From Minisyncoccota bacterium (GTDB taxonomy: Bacteria > Patescibacteriota > Minisyncoccia > Phycocordibacterales > CAJBRS01): 64,000 nt of DNA. The translations under genes were made by a program, and so were the position numbers. Below the pieces are notes generated by a model. It had not been told where the DNA came from. It did no database searches and saw only the letters and a list, made by a program, of their open reading frames with translations. This document shows positions 38,985 through 50,502 of this stretch, piece after piece. Location of the stretch: positions 144,411 through 208,410 of the forward strand of contig DASRDX010000009.1 in the NCBI GenBank assembly GCA_035652395.1. The letters are read 5' to 3'. Position 1 is the first letter of the stretch. Every line of letters begins with the position of its first letter.

Positions 38985-39923
38985 TTACTGGTTCAATGCC
39001 TCCGTGCCGGCGCTGATTTCCGTTAATTCTTTAGTAATAGCAGCCTGTCGGAGTTTGTTATAAGTAATGCCAAGCTCATCAATTAATTCCGAAGCATTCT
39101 CCGAAGCATTCTTCATGGCTACCATGCGGGAAGAGTGTTCCGAGGCATTAGCTTCCAGAATACTCTGATGCAATTCAATACTGACCAGTCGCGGAATAAG
39201 ATTTTCCAGAACGTGAGGAATGGAAGGTTCATAGAGGTAGTTAATTTTCTCGCTTGGCTTGTCGAGAGCTCTGTCAATAGCCTGAGGCAAACCAGCATAT
39301 AAACCATGTTCCGGAATAATGTGTTTGGTAATTTCTTCCAAAGCTTTTACAGTTACCGGCAGAATCTTCCTTACCACCACTTCTTGTTTGAGAGCTGACA
39401 GAAAATTAGTGTAAATTAGTAGGACTTCATCATATTCTCCGGAAAGATAAATCTCTTGGAGATATTGTGCCACCGGCAGAGTTTCCTGAAAACTGATGTA
39501 ATCGCCGGCCTCGTGAAATTCTTTAATGATCTTGTGGCCGCGACGGCTGAAAAAGTCGCGGCCTCTTTTGCCAATCGCTACTATTTCTACCCGCGCAGGG
39601 GAGTGATGCAGAATCTGATTAGCTTTTCGCAAGACATTACTATTGAAAGAGCCGGCCAAACCTTTGTCGGAAGTAACTACCGCTAAGCAAATCTTTTTGA
39701 TCGGCCGCTCCCGGACAAGTTCTGAAGCGGAATCATCTTCGGTAATGGCCCGCCGAATATTTTTTAGAATTTCCAAAGCGGCTAAAGCATATGGCCGAGC
39801 CTTGATCGCTCCTTGCTCACTTTTTCGCATTTTGACCGCCGAAACTGCCTGCATGGCCTTGGTAATCTGACCAATGTTTTTAGTAGCCCGAATACGATTT
39901 TTAATTGTTCTACTGGTTGCCAT
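38985..39923 (-). CDS. atpG: ATP synthase gamma subunit
   Basis: ITKAMQ, SDKGLAG and RQAAITKEL motifs. Confidence 0.98.
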   Translation of the reverse strand: MATSRTIKNRIRATKNIGQITKAMQAVSAVKMRKSEQGAIKARPYALAALEILKNIRRAITEDDSASELVRERPIKKICLAVVTSDKGLAGSFNSNVLRKANQILHHSPARVEIVAIGKRGRDFFSRRGHKIIKEFHEAGDYISFQETLPVAQYLQEIYLSGEYDEVLLIYTNFLSALKQEVVVRKILPVTVKALEEITKHIIPEHGLYAGLPQAIDRALDKPSEKINYLYEPSIPHVLENLIPRLVSIELHQSILEANASEHSSRMVAMKNASENASELIDELGITYNKLRQAAITKELTEISAGTEALNQ

Positions 39924-41448
39924 TGAAATAATTATTTTTGAAATCTTCGGCCGCTTTTTTCAACTTGCTCTGGAGATCTTCACTTAAATCTTTTTTATCT
40001 TTTAATTCCTTAAGGAGCTCCGAATAATTGGTGTCTAAAAATTTCAGAAGCCCATTTTCAAAGCGGGAAACATCCTCAATATTAACCGTATCCAAGAAAC
40101 CGTTAGTGGCGACAAAAATGGAAATTACTTGCTTCTCAAAAGGCATATTCAAATACTGCGGTTGTTTCAGAATTTCCGTTAAGCGACGGCCACGATCGAT
40201 TTTTAGTTTTGTGGCGCTATCAAGATCCTGTCCAAATTGAGCAAAAGCAGCCAATTCTCGAAATTGGGCTAGTTCCAAACGCAAAGTACCGGCCACTTTT
40301 TTCATGGCTTTAGTTTGAGCGGCTGATCCGACGCGGGAGACGGAAAGGCCGACATTCACTGCCGGTCGAATTCCCTGATAAAAGAGTTCAGGTTCCAAAT
40401 AAATTTGACCATCGGTAATGGAGATAACGTTTGTGGGCACATAAGCCGAAATATCGCCAAGTTGAGTTTCGATAATGGGCAGGGCAGTTAAAGAGCCACC
40501 GCCGTAATCCTTGTTTAATTTGGCCGCTCGCTCAAGCAAGCGGGAATGCAAATAGAAAATATCGCCGGGATAAGCTTCGCGACCGGGAGGGCGACGTAAA
40601 AGTAGGGAAATCTGCCGATAGGCCCAGGCATGTTTGGAAAGGTCGTCGTAGACCACCAAAGCATCCTGACCTTTTTCCATGAAGTATTCGCCAATGGCGC
40701 AGCCGGCATAAGGGGCTAGATACTGGAGGGAGGCTGGCGCGGAAGCGCCGGCTGAAACAACAATAGAATATTTCATCGCCCCGCTTTGCTTCAATTTCTC
40801 GACAATCTGAGCGACTTTTGATTCCTTCTGACCGATAGCTACATAAATACAAATTGGGACGCTGTCGCCCGAGTTCTGTCCTTGATTAATAATCGTATCG
40901 ATAGCGATGGCTGTTTTGCCTGTCTGTCGGTCCCCAATAATCAATTCTCGCTGGCCGCGACCGATTGGAATAGTGGCATCGATTGCTTTAATTCCGGTTT
41001 GCAAAGGACTGTTAACCGATTGGCGAGTGATAACGCCGGGGGCAATTCGCTCCAGCAAATAATTTTGCATCTTATTTCTATCCAAAGCCGGTCCACCATC
41101 AATTGGCTCACCTAAAGGATTAATGACGCGGCCAATTAAATTATCACCGACTGGAATAGAAAGAATGGTGCCGGTCGCTTTGACAGTTTGACCTTCTTTA
41201 ATTTTTTCCGAAGCTCCTAAAACGATGGCTCCAACACTGCTCTCTTCCAAGTTAAGAGCGAGACCGAGGATTTTTCCATCTTCAGTTTCAAACTCTAGCA
41301 TTTCCGAGTAACGCACTTCACTAAGGCCGCGAATGCTGGCCACTCCGTCGCCCACGCGCATGACTTCTCCGACATTCGAGATTGACGGCCCCGATTTAAT
41401 GCCGGCAATCTCTTCTTTTAATTCATTTAAAATTGAATCGATTTCCAT
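39910..41448 (-). CDS. atpA: ATP synthase alpha subunit
   Basis: GDRQTGKT and [11 protein letters not shown] motifs. Confidence 0.99.
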   Translation of the reverse strand: MEIDSILNELKEEIAGIKSGPSISNVGEVMRVGDGVASIRGLSEVRYSEMLEFETEDGKILGLALNLEESSVGAIVLGASEKIKEGQTVKATGTILSIPVGDNLIGRVINPLGEPIDGGPALDRNKMQNYLLERIAPGVITRQSVNSPLQTGIKAIDATIPIGRGQRELIIGDRQTGKTAIAIDTIINQGQNSGDSVPICIYVAIGQKESKVAQIVEKLKQSGAMKYSIVVSAGASAPASLQYLAPYAGCAIGEYFMEKGQDALVVYDDLSKHAWAYRQISLLLRRPPGREAYPGDIFYLHSRLLERAAKLNKDYGGGSLTALPIIETQLGDISAYVPTNVISITDGQIYLEPELFYQGIRPAVNVGLSVSRVGSAAQTKAMKKVAGTLRLELAQFRELAAFAQFGQDLDSATKLKIDRGRRLTEILKQPQYLNMPFEKQVISIFVATNGFLDTVNIEDVSRFENGLLKFLDTNYSELLKELKDKKDLSEDLQSKLKKAAEDFKNNYFNGNQ

Positions 41449-41452
41449 TTGC

Positions 41453-41767
41453 TTAACTTATGACCTGCCTTAAATTATTAATTCTGGTTCGGATACTATT
41501 ATCAATTACGGTATCGCCAATTTTGATTTTCACTCCGCCGATTAAATTGGGATCATTACTAACTTCCGTGATTTCCTTTTTCATTTTGCCGGTCTTTTCA
41601 TACAAACTCTTCTCAATAGCATAAAGAATCTCTGACTCGCTTTTTAAATCGCCATTTTCCTCGAGCATCTTGACGAAACTCTTGACAGCGTTTTTGCGCT
41701 TATTTTTGGCTGTTTTCTCTAAAAGAGCACCAAAGATTTTAGCGTATTGAGTAGGGGAATAGCGCAT
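41453..41767 (-). CDS. atpH: ATP synthase delta subunit (short)
   Basis: DPNLIGG...[10 protein letters not shown] motif; operon position. Confidence 0.85.
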   Translation of the reverse strand: MRYSPTQYAKIFGALLEKTAKNKRKNAVKSFVKMLEENGDLKSESEILYAIEKSLYEKTGKMKKEITEVSNDPNLIGGVKIKIGDTVIDNSIRTRINNLRQVIS

Positions 41768-41770
41768 ACC

Positions 41771-42289
41771 TTATTTAAACACCTCAGCATTCTCTCTAAT
41801 AATGGCCAAGGCGTCAGCTTTCAGTTTGGCTTCTGCTTCCTTGCTCAAAAAATCTCCAACAGTTTTTTCCACCGCTGCCGTCACCACCTCCCCAATCTCA
41901 CTCTTAATTTCAGAGCGGATTTTCAGCCTTTCCTGTTCCAACGAAAGCTTGGCCTCCGATATTAAAGTCTTGGCTTTCTCTTCCGCTAATCTCAAACTTT
42001 CCTCGGTTTGAGTCTGAGAAGCCTTTTCCGCTTTAGCCAATATTTCTTGGGCTGCTTCTCTGGCTGTGGTCAGAATTTTTTGCTTTTCAGTTTCAATCTC
42101 GGCAAGACGTGTGCCGGCCAGCTTTTCCTTTTCTTTGGTTTCCGCAATTTCCCGACGTCTTTTTTCCAGAACATCAATGACTGGCACATAAACAAATCGA
42201 CGCAAAACGTAAACCAGAATGGCAAAATTAATCGCTTGAGCGATAAGCAATTTCCAATCGATGCCGAGACTTGTTAATAAAGCGGACAT
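41771..42289 (-). CDS. atpF: ATP synthase b subunit
   Basis: LGIDWKLLIAQAINF followed by a coiled coil. Confidence 0.93.
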   Translation of the reverse strand: MSALLTSLGIDWKLLIAQAINFAILVYVLRRFVYVPVIDVLEKRRREIAETKEKEKLAGTRLAEIETEKQKILTTAREAAQEILAKAEKASQTQTEESLRLAEEKAKTLISEAKLSLEQERLKIRSEIKSEIGEVVTAAVEKTVGDFLSKEAEAKLKADALAIIRENAEVFK

Positions 42290-42319
42290 AAACTCACCCC
42301 TTTAAGGGTGTCAAAAAAT

Positions 42320-42544
<225 letters not shown>

Positions 42545-42669
42545 TTAAATAAATTAATGATAAAAAATGACCTCATTTGGGGGTCAGTGCCAATATCTTA
42601 CCTTAAGCCGTTTAAAAGGCCAAATTCTGACGAAAAATAAATAAAATACCCGTCGTAAGCGGGTAATGT

Positions 42670-43068
42670 CTAAGAAGCGTGAATATCCAGTTCCAAATGA
42701 TGATCCGTAGATCGCCAAGGGGGACAACTTGTGACTCGAACTTTTGCAAGGATTTCTCCTTCTGTTCGGGCCCAATGAACAATCTTTGGATAGATAATGA
42801 AAGGAGAATCGCCAGGTTTGAGAAAATATTCTCCGTCTCCACTCTCAAGAAAAAGAGTACCTTGGAGAACCTCATAAACCTCAATAGTTTCCTCGTGGTG
42901 GTGCGGAGCAGATTTTGAAATCAAGGCAATCGCACTCTTCTGATGGGGTAAGACTTGAGGCAGTTCCACAATTACTTCCAGAGGATCTTTCTCCGGAAGA
43001 AGAATAAGCGGGCAATCCGGATATTCCTTTCGAAGAGATTCAATTTCTTCAGAACTTATTGGTTTCAT
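42670..43068 (-). CDS. Cupin-domain protein
   Basis: PHHHEETIEVYEVLQG...LKPGD...IYPKIVHW. Confidence 0.75.
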   Translation of the reverse strand: MKPISSEEIESLRKEYPDCPLILLPEKDPLEVIVELPQVLPHQKSAIALISKSAPHHHEETIEVYEVLQGTLFLESGDGEYFLKPGDSPFIIYPKIVHWARTEGEILAKVRVTSCPPWRSTDHHLELDIHAS

Positions 43069-43101
43069 CTACTCTCAACCTACCTCTCTTCCTGGCAAAA
43101 A

Positions 43102-43851
43102 TCAATGATGGGCTTCAGTGGCTTGGGCCAAGAACATCATGGCTAGAACGGCGAAAATTAAAGCCTGGATGAAACCCACGAAAATTTCTAGAGCCAGAAA
43201 TGGAACTGGAATAAGATAGGGAACCAAGAAGACCATAATTGTTAGAAGAATTTCTCCGGCGAAAACATTTCCAAAAAGACGGAAAGTCAGGGAAATGATT
43301 TTGCCGAATTCGCTGATAATTTCGAGAAGTCCAGTGAAGAAATCAATCGGGCCGGTCAGACGAAAGAATTTCTTGAGATGATTTTTCAGGCCGATAGTGA
43401 TGAAGCCGACAACATGACTCATTGTTACTACAATCAAAGCCAAAGCCAAAGTCATATTGATATCGGAGTTGACCGAACGAAATAGCGGTACGAAAACCTG
43501 TTTGCCATCCTCTAAATGATAAAAACCAAGACTGCCAACGCCCGGTAGAATCCCCAGCCAATTTGAAAGAAGAATGAAAAGGAAGATAGTAGCCACCACC
43601 GGGAAAAATTTAATGACGGCTGATCGACTTCCGGCGACGGTTTCGAGGAAGTCGATCAGTTTTTCGATGGCAAATTCCATTAAGTTTTGGAATTTGCCCG
43701 GGATTTTGTCGGCGCGTTTGATTCGCGCCGACAGGAATAAGGCGATCCCAATTAGCAAAAGCATTACCAGCCAGGAGGTAAGCAGAGCATTAGTGACGGT
43801 AAAACCAAAGATTTGAAAAATTGGTTCGGCGCTGATGGAAATATGGAGCAT
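43102..43851 (-). CDS. atpB: ATP synthase a subunit
   Basis: SLTFRLFGNVFAGE and VGFIQALIF motifs. Confidence 0.97.
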   Translation of the reverse strand: MLHISISAEPIFQIFGFTVTNALLTSWLVMLLLIGIALFLSARIKRADKIPGKFQNLMEFAIEKLIDFLETVAGSRSAVIKFFPVVATIFLFILLSNWLGILPGVGSLGFYHLEDGKQVFVPLFRSVNSDINMTLALALIVVTMSHVVGFITIGLKNHLKKFFRLTGPIDFFTGLLEIISEFGKIISLTFRLFGNVFAGEILLTIMVFLVPYLIPVPFLALEIFVGFIQALIFAVLAMMFLAQATEAHH

Positions 43852-43861
43852 AAGAAGATAA

Positions 43862-44098
43862 CTATTTTAAGTACCTAATTGTTTTCTTGTAAACCAGAAT
43901 GCTGGAAATAATAATGGAAAGTAAAACGCCTACCAAAAGAAATAATGGGGAAGTCTGAAAATGTCTGTCTAAAAGACGTCCCCCCAAAGCCAGTAATACT
44001 ATTGGAATGGCGATAGTAAAACCCAATTCAAAAACTAATGATATTAGCTCCGATTTCGGCATTACTGGCTTTAAATCAGGCGATTTCTCTTTTTCCAC
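43862..44098 (-). CDS. AtpZ/AtpI-like protein
   Basis: ELGFTIAIPI...GRLLD...TSPLF; first gene of the atp operon. Confidence 0.8.
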   Translation of the reverse strand: MEKEKSPDLKPVMPKSELISLVFELGFTIAIPIVLLALGGRLLDRHFQTSPLFLLVGVLLSIIISSILVYKKTIRYLK

Positions 44099-44124
44099 GG
44101 GAGGTAGTATAACATAGGCAGAGA

Positions 44125-44412
44125 TTGTTTATGAAAAAATCTAAATCTAAAAAGGCCAAGGATCCTATCGCCGCAAAAATAGGAACAGTGCTCGCCAAGA
44201 GAGTCAGAAACGGCATGGTTCATCTCCGAAAACATAAGATATTTTCACAGTCTCCTGATTTTGAGAAGAAACCTTTGTCCTTCTTTCATCTAAGGAGCAG
44301 GGCGGAAGCTATTCGGTTGGGACTCCAAGGGCGAAACAACCGGGAAAATCGTGTTCTTTATTCTTTTTGGGACTCATATTTCCAAGAAAAATTCAAAAAA
44401 AGAAAAGCTTAA
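44125..44412 (+). CDS. Small basic hypothetical protein
   Basis: K/R-rich ORF followed by hairpin AAGGTCAG/CTGACCTT and a T tract. Confidence 0.5.
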   Translation: MFMKKSKSKKAKDPIAAKIGTVLAKRVRNGMVHLRKHKIFSQSPDFEKKPLSFFHLRSRAEAIRLGLQGRNNRENRVLYSFWDSYFQEKFKKRKA

Positions 44413-44461
44413 GGTCAGCTGTCTGACCTTGTTTTATTTCTGAGCCGTATATAATAACAAA

Positions 44462-46504
44462 GTGTCAAATTTCAAAATCTCAACAAAATTCAAACCGGCA
44501 GGGGATCAGCCAAAGGCTATTAAAGAATTAATTGAAGGGGTCGGCAAAGGCTATCGCCACCAAACTTTGCTTGGCGTTACTGGCTCCGGCAAGACTTTTA
44601 CGGCTGCCAATATTATCGCTACGGTTCAAAAACCTACTCTGGTTATTGCTCACAACAAAACCTTAGCTGCTCAATTGGCACAGGAATATCGGGAGTTTTT
44701 TCCTGATAATGCCGTACACTATTTCGTTTCTTATTACGATTTTTATCAGCCGGAAGCTTATTTACCGGTAACTGATACCTATATTGAAAAAGAGGCTCAA
44801 ATTAATGAAGAAATTGAGCGCCTGCGTCACGCCTCCACACAGGCGCTTCTAACCCGTCGCGACGTCATTATCGTCGCTTCCGTTTCCTGTATTTACGGCT
44901 TGGGTTCGCCGGTGGAATATGAAAAGGTTCACCTGCGCATTCAAAAGGGAGCAGTTGGGGATCGAGCCGATCTGATTCGCAAGCTCATCCATATTTATTT
45001 TGACCGCACCAATGCCGATCTTTCACCCGGTCAGTTTCGAGCGCTCGGCAATTCCGTGGAGGTTATGCCGGTTAATGAAAGAGTTATTTATAAGATCGAT
45101 CTTGCCGAAGGCAAGATCGATCGCATCCTGAAAGTGGATGCCATTACCCGAAAAATTTTAGAAGAGATAGATGTTTTCTTTCTTTTTCCAGCCAAACATT
45201 TCGTCACGCCGGAAGACGAGCGATTGCGGGCTATTGAAGATATCAAGGCCGAATTGGAAGAGCAGCTCACTAAGTTCCAGAAAGAAGGAAAGCTGCTCGA
45301 AGCCGAGCGACTGAAGCGTCGCACCAATTATGATCTGGCTCTGATCCGCGAAATCGGTTATTGCAACGGTATCGAAAATTATTCGCGCCATTTCTCCGGC
45401 AAAAAGGAGGGCGAACCGCCTGATACCTTACTTTCATATTTTCCTCACAAGAAGGATGGTAGCGCCGATTTCCTTACTATTATCGATGAGTCTCACGTCA
45501 CTGTTCCTCAACTCGGCGGTATGTATGCCGGTGATGCTTCTCGAAAACAAAATTTAGTAGAGCACGGGTTCAGACTCCCTAGCGCTCGAGATAATCGCCC
45601 TCTGAAATTTGCCGAATTTGAAGAAAGGGTGGGCCAGACAATTTATACTTCGGCTACTCCAGGAAAATATGAATTGGAACACAGCTCTCAGGTGGCGGAG
45701 CAAGTCATTCGTCCGACTGGCCTCGTTGACCCGTTGATTGAAGTAAAGCCGGTTATAGAAAAAGGAGCCTACAAAGGTCAAATTCAGGATTTCATTGAGC
45801 AGGCCGAAATTGAAGTAAAAAAAGGCAACCGAGTGATCGCGACAACTTTGACCAAGAAAATGGCCGAAGATTTGAGTGAATACTTAAAAGAGAAAAAAAT
45901 TAAGGCCGAATATCTTCATAGTGAAATCGAAACTCTAGATCGCATTCAAATTTTGACTGATTTCCGAAGAGGGAAGTTTGACATCATTGTCGGCGTCAAT
46001 TTATTGCGCGAAGGACTAGACCTTCCGGAAGTGACCCTCATTGGTATCCTAGATGCCGATAAAGAGGGATTTCTCCGCTCTGAAACTTCTCTTATTCAAA
46101 CCATTGGACGGGCCGCTCGAAATACTGAAGGCCGCGTAATTCTATATGCGGATAATCTGACCGGCTCAATGGATAAAGCCATTAATGAAACCAGACGTCG
46201 TCGAGAATTACAGGCGGCTTATAACAAGGAACACGGTATTACTCCAAAGACTATTGTTAAAAATATTAAGGATATTACGGAGCAAATCCAAAGCGAACAC
46301 CAAAAGACTCTTAAAATGCTTCTGCAATTTGATGAAGCTCGCTTTCAGAAAAATCCCAAGAAATTGATTGAGGAAAAACAAAAACAAATGAATGATGCGG
46401 TAAAGGTTTTAGACTTTGAAACAGCTGCCATTCTAAGAGACGAAATCAAAGAGCTTACGCTTAAGTTGGAAGGGAGAACGTCCAAAATCAAAACAAATAA
46501 TTAA
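44462..46504 (+). CDS. uvrB: Excinuclease ABC subunit B
   Basis: GVTGSGKT, YYDFYQPEAY, DESH and QTIGRAAR motifs. Confidence 0.99.
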   Translation: MSNFKISTKFKPAGDQPKAIKELIEGVGKGYRHQTLLGVTGSGKTFTAANIIATVQKPTLVIAHNKTLAAQLAQEYREFFPDNAVHYFVSYYDFYQPEAYLPVTDTYIEKEAQINEEIERLRHASTQALLTRRDVIIVASVSCIYGLGSPVEYEKVHLRIQKGAVGDRADLIRKLIHIYFDRTNADLSPGQFRALGNSVEVMPVNERVIYKIDLAEGKIDRILKVDAITRKILEEIDVFFLFPAKHFVTPEDERLRAIEDIKAELEEQLTKFQKEGKLLEAERLKRRTNYDLALIREIGYCNGIENYSRHFSGKKEGEPPDTLLSYFPHKKDGSADFLTIIDESHVTVPQLGGMYAGDASRKQNLVEHGFRLPSARDNRPLKFAEFEERVGQTIYTSATPGKYELEHSSQVAEQVIRPTGLVDPLIEVKPVIEKGAYKGQIQDFIEQAEIEVKKGNRVIATTLTKKMAEDLSEYLKEKKIKAEYLHSEIETLDRIQILTDFRRGKFDIIVGVNLLREGLDLPEVTLIGILDADKEGFLRSETSLIQTIGRAARNTEGRVILYADNLTGSMDKAINETRRRRELQAAYNKEHGITPKTIVKNIKDITEQIQSEHQKTLKMLLQFDEARFQKNPKKLIEEKQKQMNDAVKVLDFETAAILRDEIKELTLKLEGRTSKIKTNN

Positions 46505-47335
46505 AAAGAAAAGGCGTGTATCTTTCGATACACGCCTTCAAATCTTACCGGCGTTACGAGGTTTCGTATTTTCTTTACCTCCCCTGAAATTCATCTTTCG
46601 ACAAACCCCTGAGGTCTGAAAAACACTCCCTCCAAGTAACTTGAGTACGTGGGCGTACCATTCTCCATTTGTTGATTCCCGACCTAAGTCTGGAACTGCT
46701 TCCATTTCTGGCTCAATTTCTTGAGACATTTCCTGGATCTAAACCGTCGGTGTTTAATCGTCGGCTTATCCGCCTTTGAAATTCCCCACGATTGGTTGGA
46801 ATCTCTAGTCAGAACTGATTTGTTGATCATTGCTGCTCAACATCTCAGCGGGGTTGGAGCACCCAGCTTTTGCTTAACTTACCGCGTCGCTCCGATTCCT
46901 TGCGGATTCGAATCTTTGCGATAACCACTCGCTTTCGTGTATTGGTTGGCCCTTGCACCTTGCAGTGTAGGGACCTTGCCAGCAAGCTCTTGAATTTAAT
47001 CAGAACCGTTTTGATTCGACTCTTGCGAGCCTTCCTCTCTGCGATTCGAGCTACCCCTACCACAGGTGGTGCGCGCTATGCACACTCCCAAGTTATTAGC
47101 TTTAAGGAACTAACGACTGGTGAGTAAATGTACCAGAATGAAAAACCACGTCAATGGGGATAAGGTAGTAGAAATTGGATAAGAGGTTCTGTCAAATAAA
47201 ATTTCTAAAATGCTCTGTAATTAAAGCTTTTTATATTTTCTTTACAATTTCTTTAGTCGGTTTATAATGAGCTCGTCATATTTAGATATAGAACGCCGCA
47301 GGCGGGCTATTTCTGTTTTACAAAGATCACCAAAA

Positions 47336-49942
47336 ATGGCCAAAAACGATAAAAAAACTGAAGACAAAATAATTGTTAAGGGCGCGCGTACCCATAATTT
47401 AAAGAATATTACGGTAGAAATGCCACGCAACAAGATGATTGCTATTACCGGCCTTTCCGGCTCCGGTAAGTCGTCTTTGGCCTTCGACACTATATTTGCA
47501 GAGGGCCAAAGACGCTATGTTGAGTCGCTTTCTTCCTATGCCCGACAATTCCTGCGTCAGATGCAGAAACCGGACGTGGATGAAATTATCGGTCTTTCAC
47601 CGGCTATCTCGATCGATCAGAAGTCGCGCTCAAATAATCCGCGCTCAACGGTGGCAACTATTACGGAGATTTACGATTATTTGCGTATTTTGTATGCGAG
47701 GATCGGTCGGCCCCACTGTTTAGTTTGCGGGCGGGAAATCAAGAAGCTTTCAAAGGAGGAAATTCTGGAAACTATTTTCAATACGGTTAGCAAAATCGAT
47801 ACTTCCAAATCGGAAAAGAAAGTAATGGGGGTGGCCTATAACGATCTGAAATTTACCATTATGGCCCCGCTTATTGTCGGCCGAAAGGGCGAGTATTATC
47901 AGCTTCTTTATGATCTTTTGGGAAAAGGCTACGAGCGAGTGCGGGTGGACGGTCAGATGAAGAATCTCCGAGACCAGATTATTTTGTCAAAAAATAAAAA
48001 GCACGACATCGATGTGGTGGTGGATGAATTCTTCATTTCAGAAATGCACTCCAAAGACAAGCAGGTTGCTACCAGTTTTAACGAGCGCCTGAATGAAGCC
48101 ATAGAAAGAGCGCTTGAAGAATCTGACGGCCTGCTTCGCATTCAGGCTCTTGGAGAAGATTATTTGATTTCTTCCAAATTCATGTGTCCTTTTGACGGCT
48201 TCTCTTTTCCCGAGATCGAACCGCGACTTTTTTCTTTTAATTCACCTTACGGGGCTTGTCCGGAATGTAACGGCCTCGGTACTCGTTATTTCTTTAGCAA
48301 TGAGCCTTGTCCGGTTTGCCACGGAGCTCGTCTTCGTCCAGAGGCTCTGCATGTCTTTTTGAGCGAACGAAAAATTAATATTGTAAAGCTCACGGAAATG
48401 TCGATTAAAGACGCTCTGAATTTCTTCAGTCATCTGAAACTTTCCGCCAAGGAGAAAGAAATCTCGAAAGTTGTAGTGAAAGAAATTGAGGCCCGCTTGA
48501 ATTTCATGAATGATGTTGGAATCGATTACCTGACTTTGGATCGCAAGGCCAACACTCTTTCCGGAGGCGAGGCTCAACGAATCCGCCTCGCCTCCCAACT
48601 GGGCTCGGGCCTGGTCGGCGCTTTATACGTACTGGACGAGCCGACCATCGGCCTTCATCAGCGGGATAATGATCGCCTAATAAAAACCCTGCTCAATCTC
48701 CGCGATACTGGCAACACCATTGTAGTGGTGGAACACGACGAAGATACTATCTACTCCGCTGATTACATTGTGGATATTGGGCCGGGCGCCGGGGTGCATG
48801 GCGGTCACGTTGTCGTTTCAGGTTATTTAGACGAGTTATTGACGGCCAAAACTAACAAGAGCGGTTCCTTGACTCTCGATTATCTTCGAGAAGAAATTAA
48901 GATTGAAATTCCGGAAAATCGACGAACGGCCGAGAAGGGCAAGATTTCCATTAGAGGTGGGCATGTTTTCAATATCAAAAATCTGAACGTGGATATTCCG
49001 CTCGGCAAACTCATTATGATCACTGGCGTCTCCGGTTCGGGTAAATCATCCTTCATGTATGAAATCGTTTATGAAAATCTGCGGGCCCGACTTGATCGAA
49101 AATATCGCTCGGCCAAAACTTTCAATGCCGCCAGTTTTACCGGTACGGAATATTTGGGTCGCGCCATTTTAATCGATCAGTCAGCTATCGGCCGTACCCC
49201 TCGGTCCAATCCGGCAACGTACACCGGCGCTTTCACTCACATTAGAGATATGTTCGCCACCACTCCTGAAGCTCGGGCCCGAGGTTGGAAAGCCAATCGG
49301 TTTTCTTTCAACGTCAAAGGCGGCCGATGCGAGACTTGTCAGGGTAATGGTCTCATTGAAGTGGAAATGCATTTCCTACCAACCGTTTACGTTACTTGTG
49401 ATGTTTGCAACGGCAAACGCTTCATGAAAGAGACTTTGGAAGTGAAGTATAAAAAGAAAAATATTTACGACGTGCTCGAAATGACGGTGGAAGAAGCCTT
49501 GAAATTTTTTGAAGATATTCCATCTATTTACGATCGTCTGCATACTTTGGATGAAGTGGGGCTCGGATATTTAAAACTGGGGCAATCGGCTACTACTCTT
49601 TCCGGTGGTGAAGCTCAGCGAGTGAAGATTTCAGCCGAGCTATACCGACCGCATTTACAGAAGACGATTTATCTTTTAGACGAGCCAACGATCGGGCTGC
49701 ATTACGAAGATGTTAAGAAACTGATTCAGATTCTGCAGAAGTTGGTGGAGCGGGGTAATACTGTCATGGTCATTGAGCACAACATGGACATGATTAAATC
49801 ATCCGACTATATAATTGATATTGGACCGGAAGGGGGAGATGGTGGTGGATCACTGGTCGCCAAAGGCACGCCCGAAGAGGTGGCGAATAATGATAAGAGC
49901 TATACCGGGGAATATTTAAAAAAGGTTTTGAAGAAAAAATAA
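47336..49942 (+). CDS. uvrA: Excinuclease ABC subunit A
   Basis: GARTHNLKN and two ABC ATPase modules (GLSGSGKS, GVSGSGKS, LSGGEAQR). Confidence 0.98.
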   Translation: MAKNDKKTEDKIIVKGARTHNLKNITVEMPRNKMIAITGLSGSGKSSLAFDTIFAEGQRRYVESLSSYARQFLRQMQKPDVDEIIGLSPAISIDQKSRSNNPRSTVATITEIYDYLRILYARIGRPHCLVCGREIKKLSKEEILETIFNTVSKIDTSKSEKKVMGVAYNDLKFTIMAPLIVGRKGEYYQLLYDLLGKGYERVRVDGQMKNLRDQIILSKNKKHDIDVVVDEFFISEMHSKDKQVATSFNERLNEAIERALEESDGLLRIQALGEDYLISSKFMCPFDGFSFPEIEPRLFSFNSPYGACPECNGLGTRYFFSNEPCPVCHGARLRPEALHVFLSERKINIVKLTEMSIKDALNFFSHLKLSAKEKEISKVVVKEIEARLNFMNDVGIDYLTLDRKANTLSGGEAQRIRLASQLGSGLVGALYVLDEPTIGLHQRDNDRLIKTLLNLRDTGNTIVVVEHDEDTIYSADYIVDIGPGAGVHGGHVVVSGYLDELLTAKTNKSGSLTLDYLREEIKIEIPENRRTAEKGKISIRGGHVFNIKNLNVDIPLGKLIMITGVSGSGKSSFMYEIVYENLRARLDRKYRSAKTFNAASFTGTEYLGRAILIDQSAIGRTPRSNPATYTGAFTHIRDMFATTPEARARGWKANRFSFNVKGGRCETCQGNGLIEVEMHFLPTVYVTCDVCNGKRFMKETLEVKYKKKNIYDVLEMTVEEALKFFEDIPSIYDRLHTLDEVGLGYLKLGQSATTLSGGEAQRVKISAELYRPHLQKTIYLLDEPTIGLHYEDVKKLIQILQKLVERGNTVMVIEHNMDMIKSSDYIIDIGPEGGDGGGSLVAKGTPEEVANNDKSYTGEYLKKVLKKK

Positions 49943-49983
49943 CAGCTCGATCCGTGAAGAACGAGCTGTTATGAGCACTTTGT

Positions 49984-50139
49984 TTATTTGCTTAGAGCTT
50001 CTCGATGAAGTCGGTGCATGTGACAACAAAAAAGGAAGATTGCTACCCCCACCATCCCGGCAGCATGCCAATTTTGGGTTAAATCCCACGTTGCCAAACC
50101 TCCAGCGAGACTTGATCCGAAAGCATATAGGAATTTCAT
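49984..50139 (-). CDS. 51-aa hydrophobic peptide (not in the ORF track)
   Basis: TTGACA promoter, AGGAGG RBS, MKFLYAFGSSLAGGLATW...FLFCCHMHRLHREALSK. Confidence 0.6.
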   Translation of the reverse strand: MKFLYAFGSSLAGGLATWDLTQNWHAAGMVGVAIFLFCCHMHRLHREALSK

Positions 50140-50230
50140 AAGTATCACCTCCTGAATTATAATATAACAAATTTCAGAAATGTCAATGCTTTTGGCAAAT
50201 AAAGGAAAATTACAAAATAAAAAGCGAAAA

Positions 50231-50467
50231 TCATTTGACTTTCGCCTGAATATCCAGAAGTGGACAACGCAGAACAGCTTTCTGAAAATTAATTGAAGGG
50301 TGCCTTTTTTTGAGGTTCCTCATTCGCTGAATCCAAATCTCAGTAGCTTTTCGGCTTTCCTCAGAGTGATGGCTAAGTCGAAGGGTTTGAAAAGGGAAGC
50401 CGATCTCTGCTATTCTTTTGGTCACTTTACGACCTCTTTGAATGGAAGTTTCTTTAGATAGTGGCAT
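50231..50467 (-). CDS. Small basic hypothetical protein
   Basis: 78-aa ORF starting MPLSKETSIQ, divergent from uvrC. Confidence 0.4.
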   Translation of the reverse strand: MPLSKETSIQRGRKVTKRIAEIGFPFQTLRLSHHSEESRKATEIWIQRMRNLKKRHPSINFQKAVLRCPLLDIQAKVK

Positions 50468-50502
50468 ACAATTCCAATGAAACGTTATAGTATTTAAATA
50501 AT

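Noticed and set aside
46575-47063. Minus-strand frame whose four internal stops are all TGA (possible code-25 gene)
   Set aside because: Core genes here use TGA as stop (dus, atpB), the read-through product resembles nothing I recognise, and chance is plausible.
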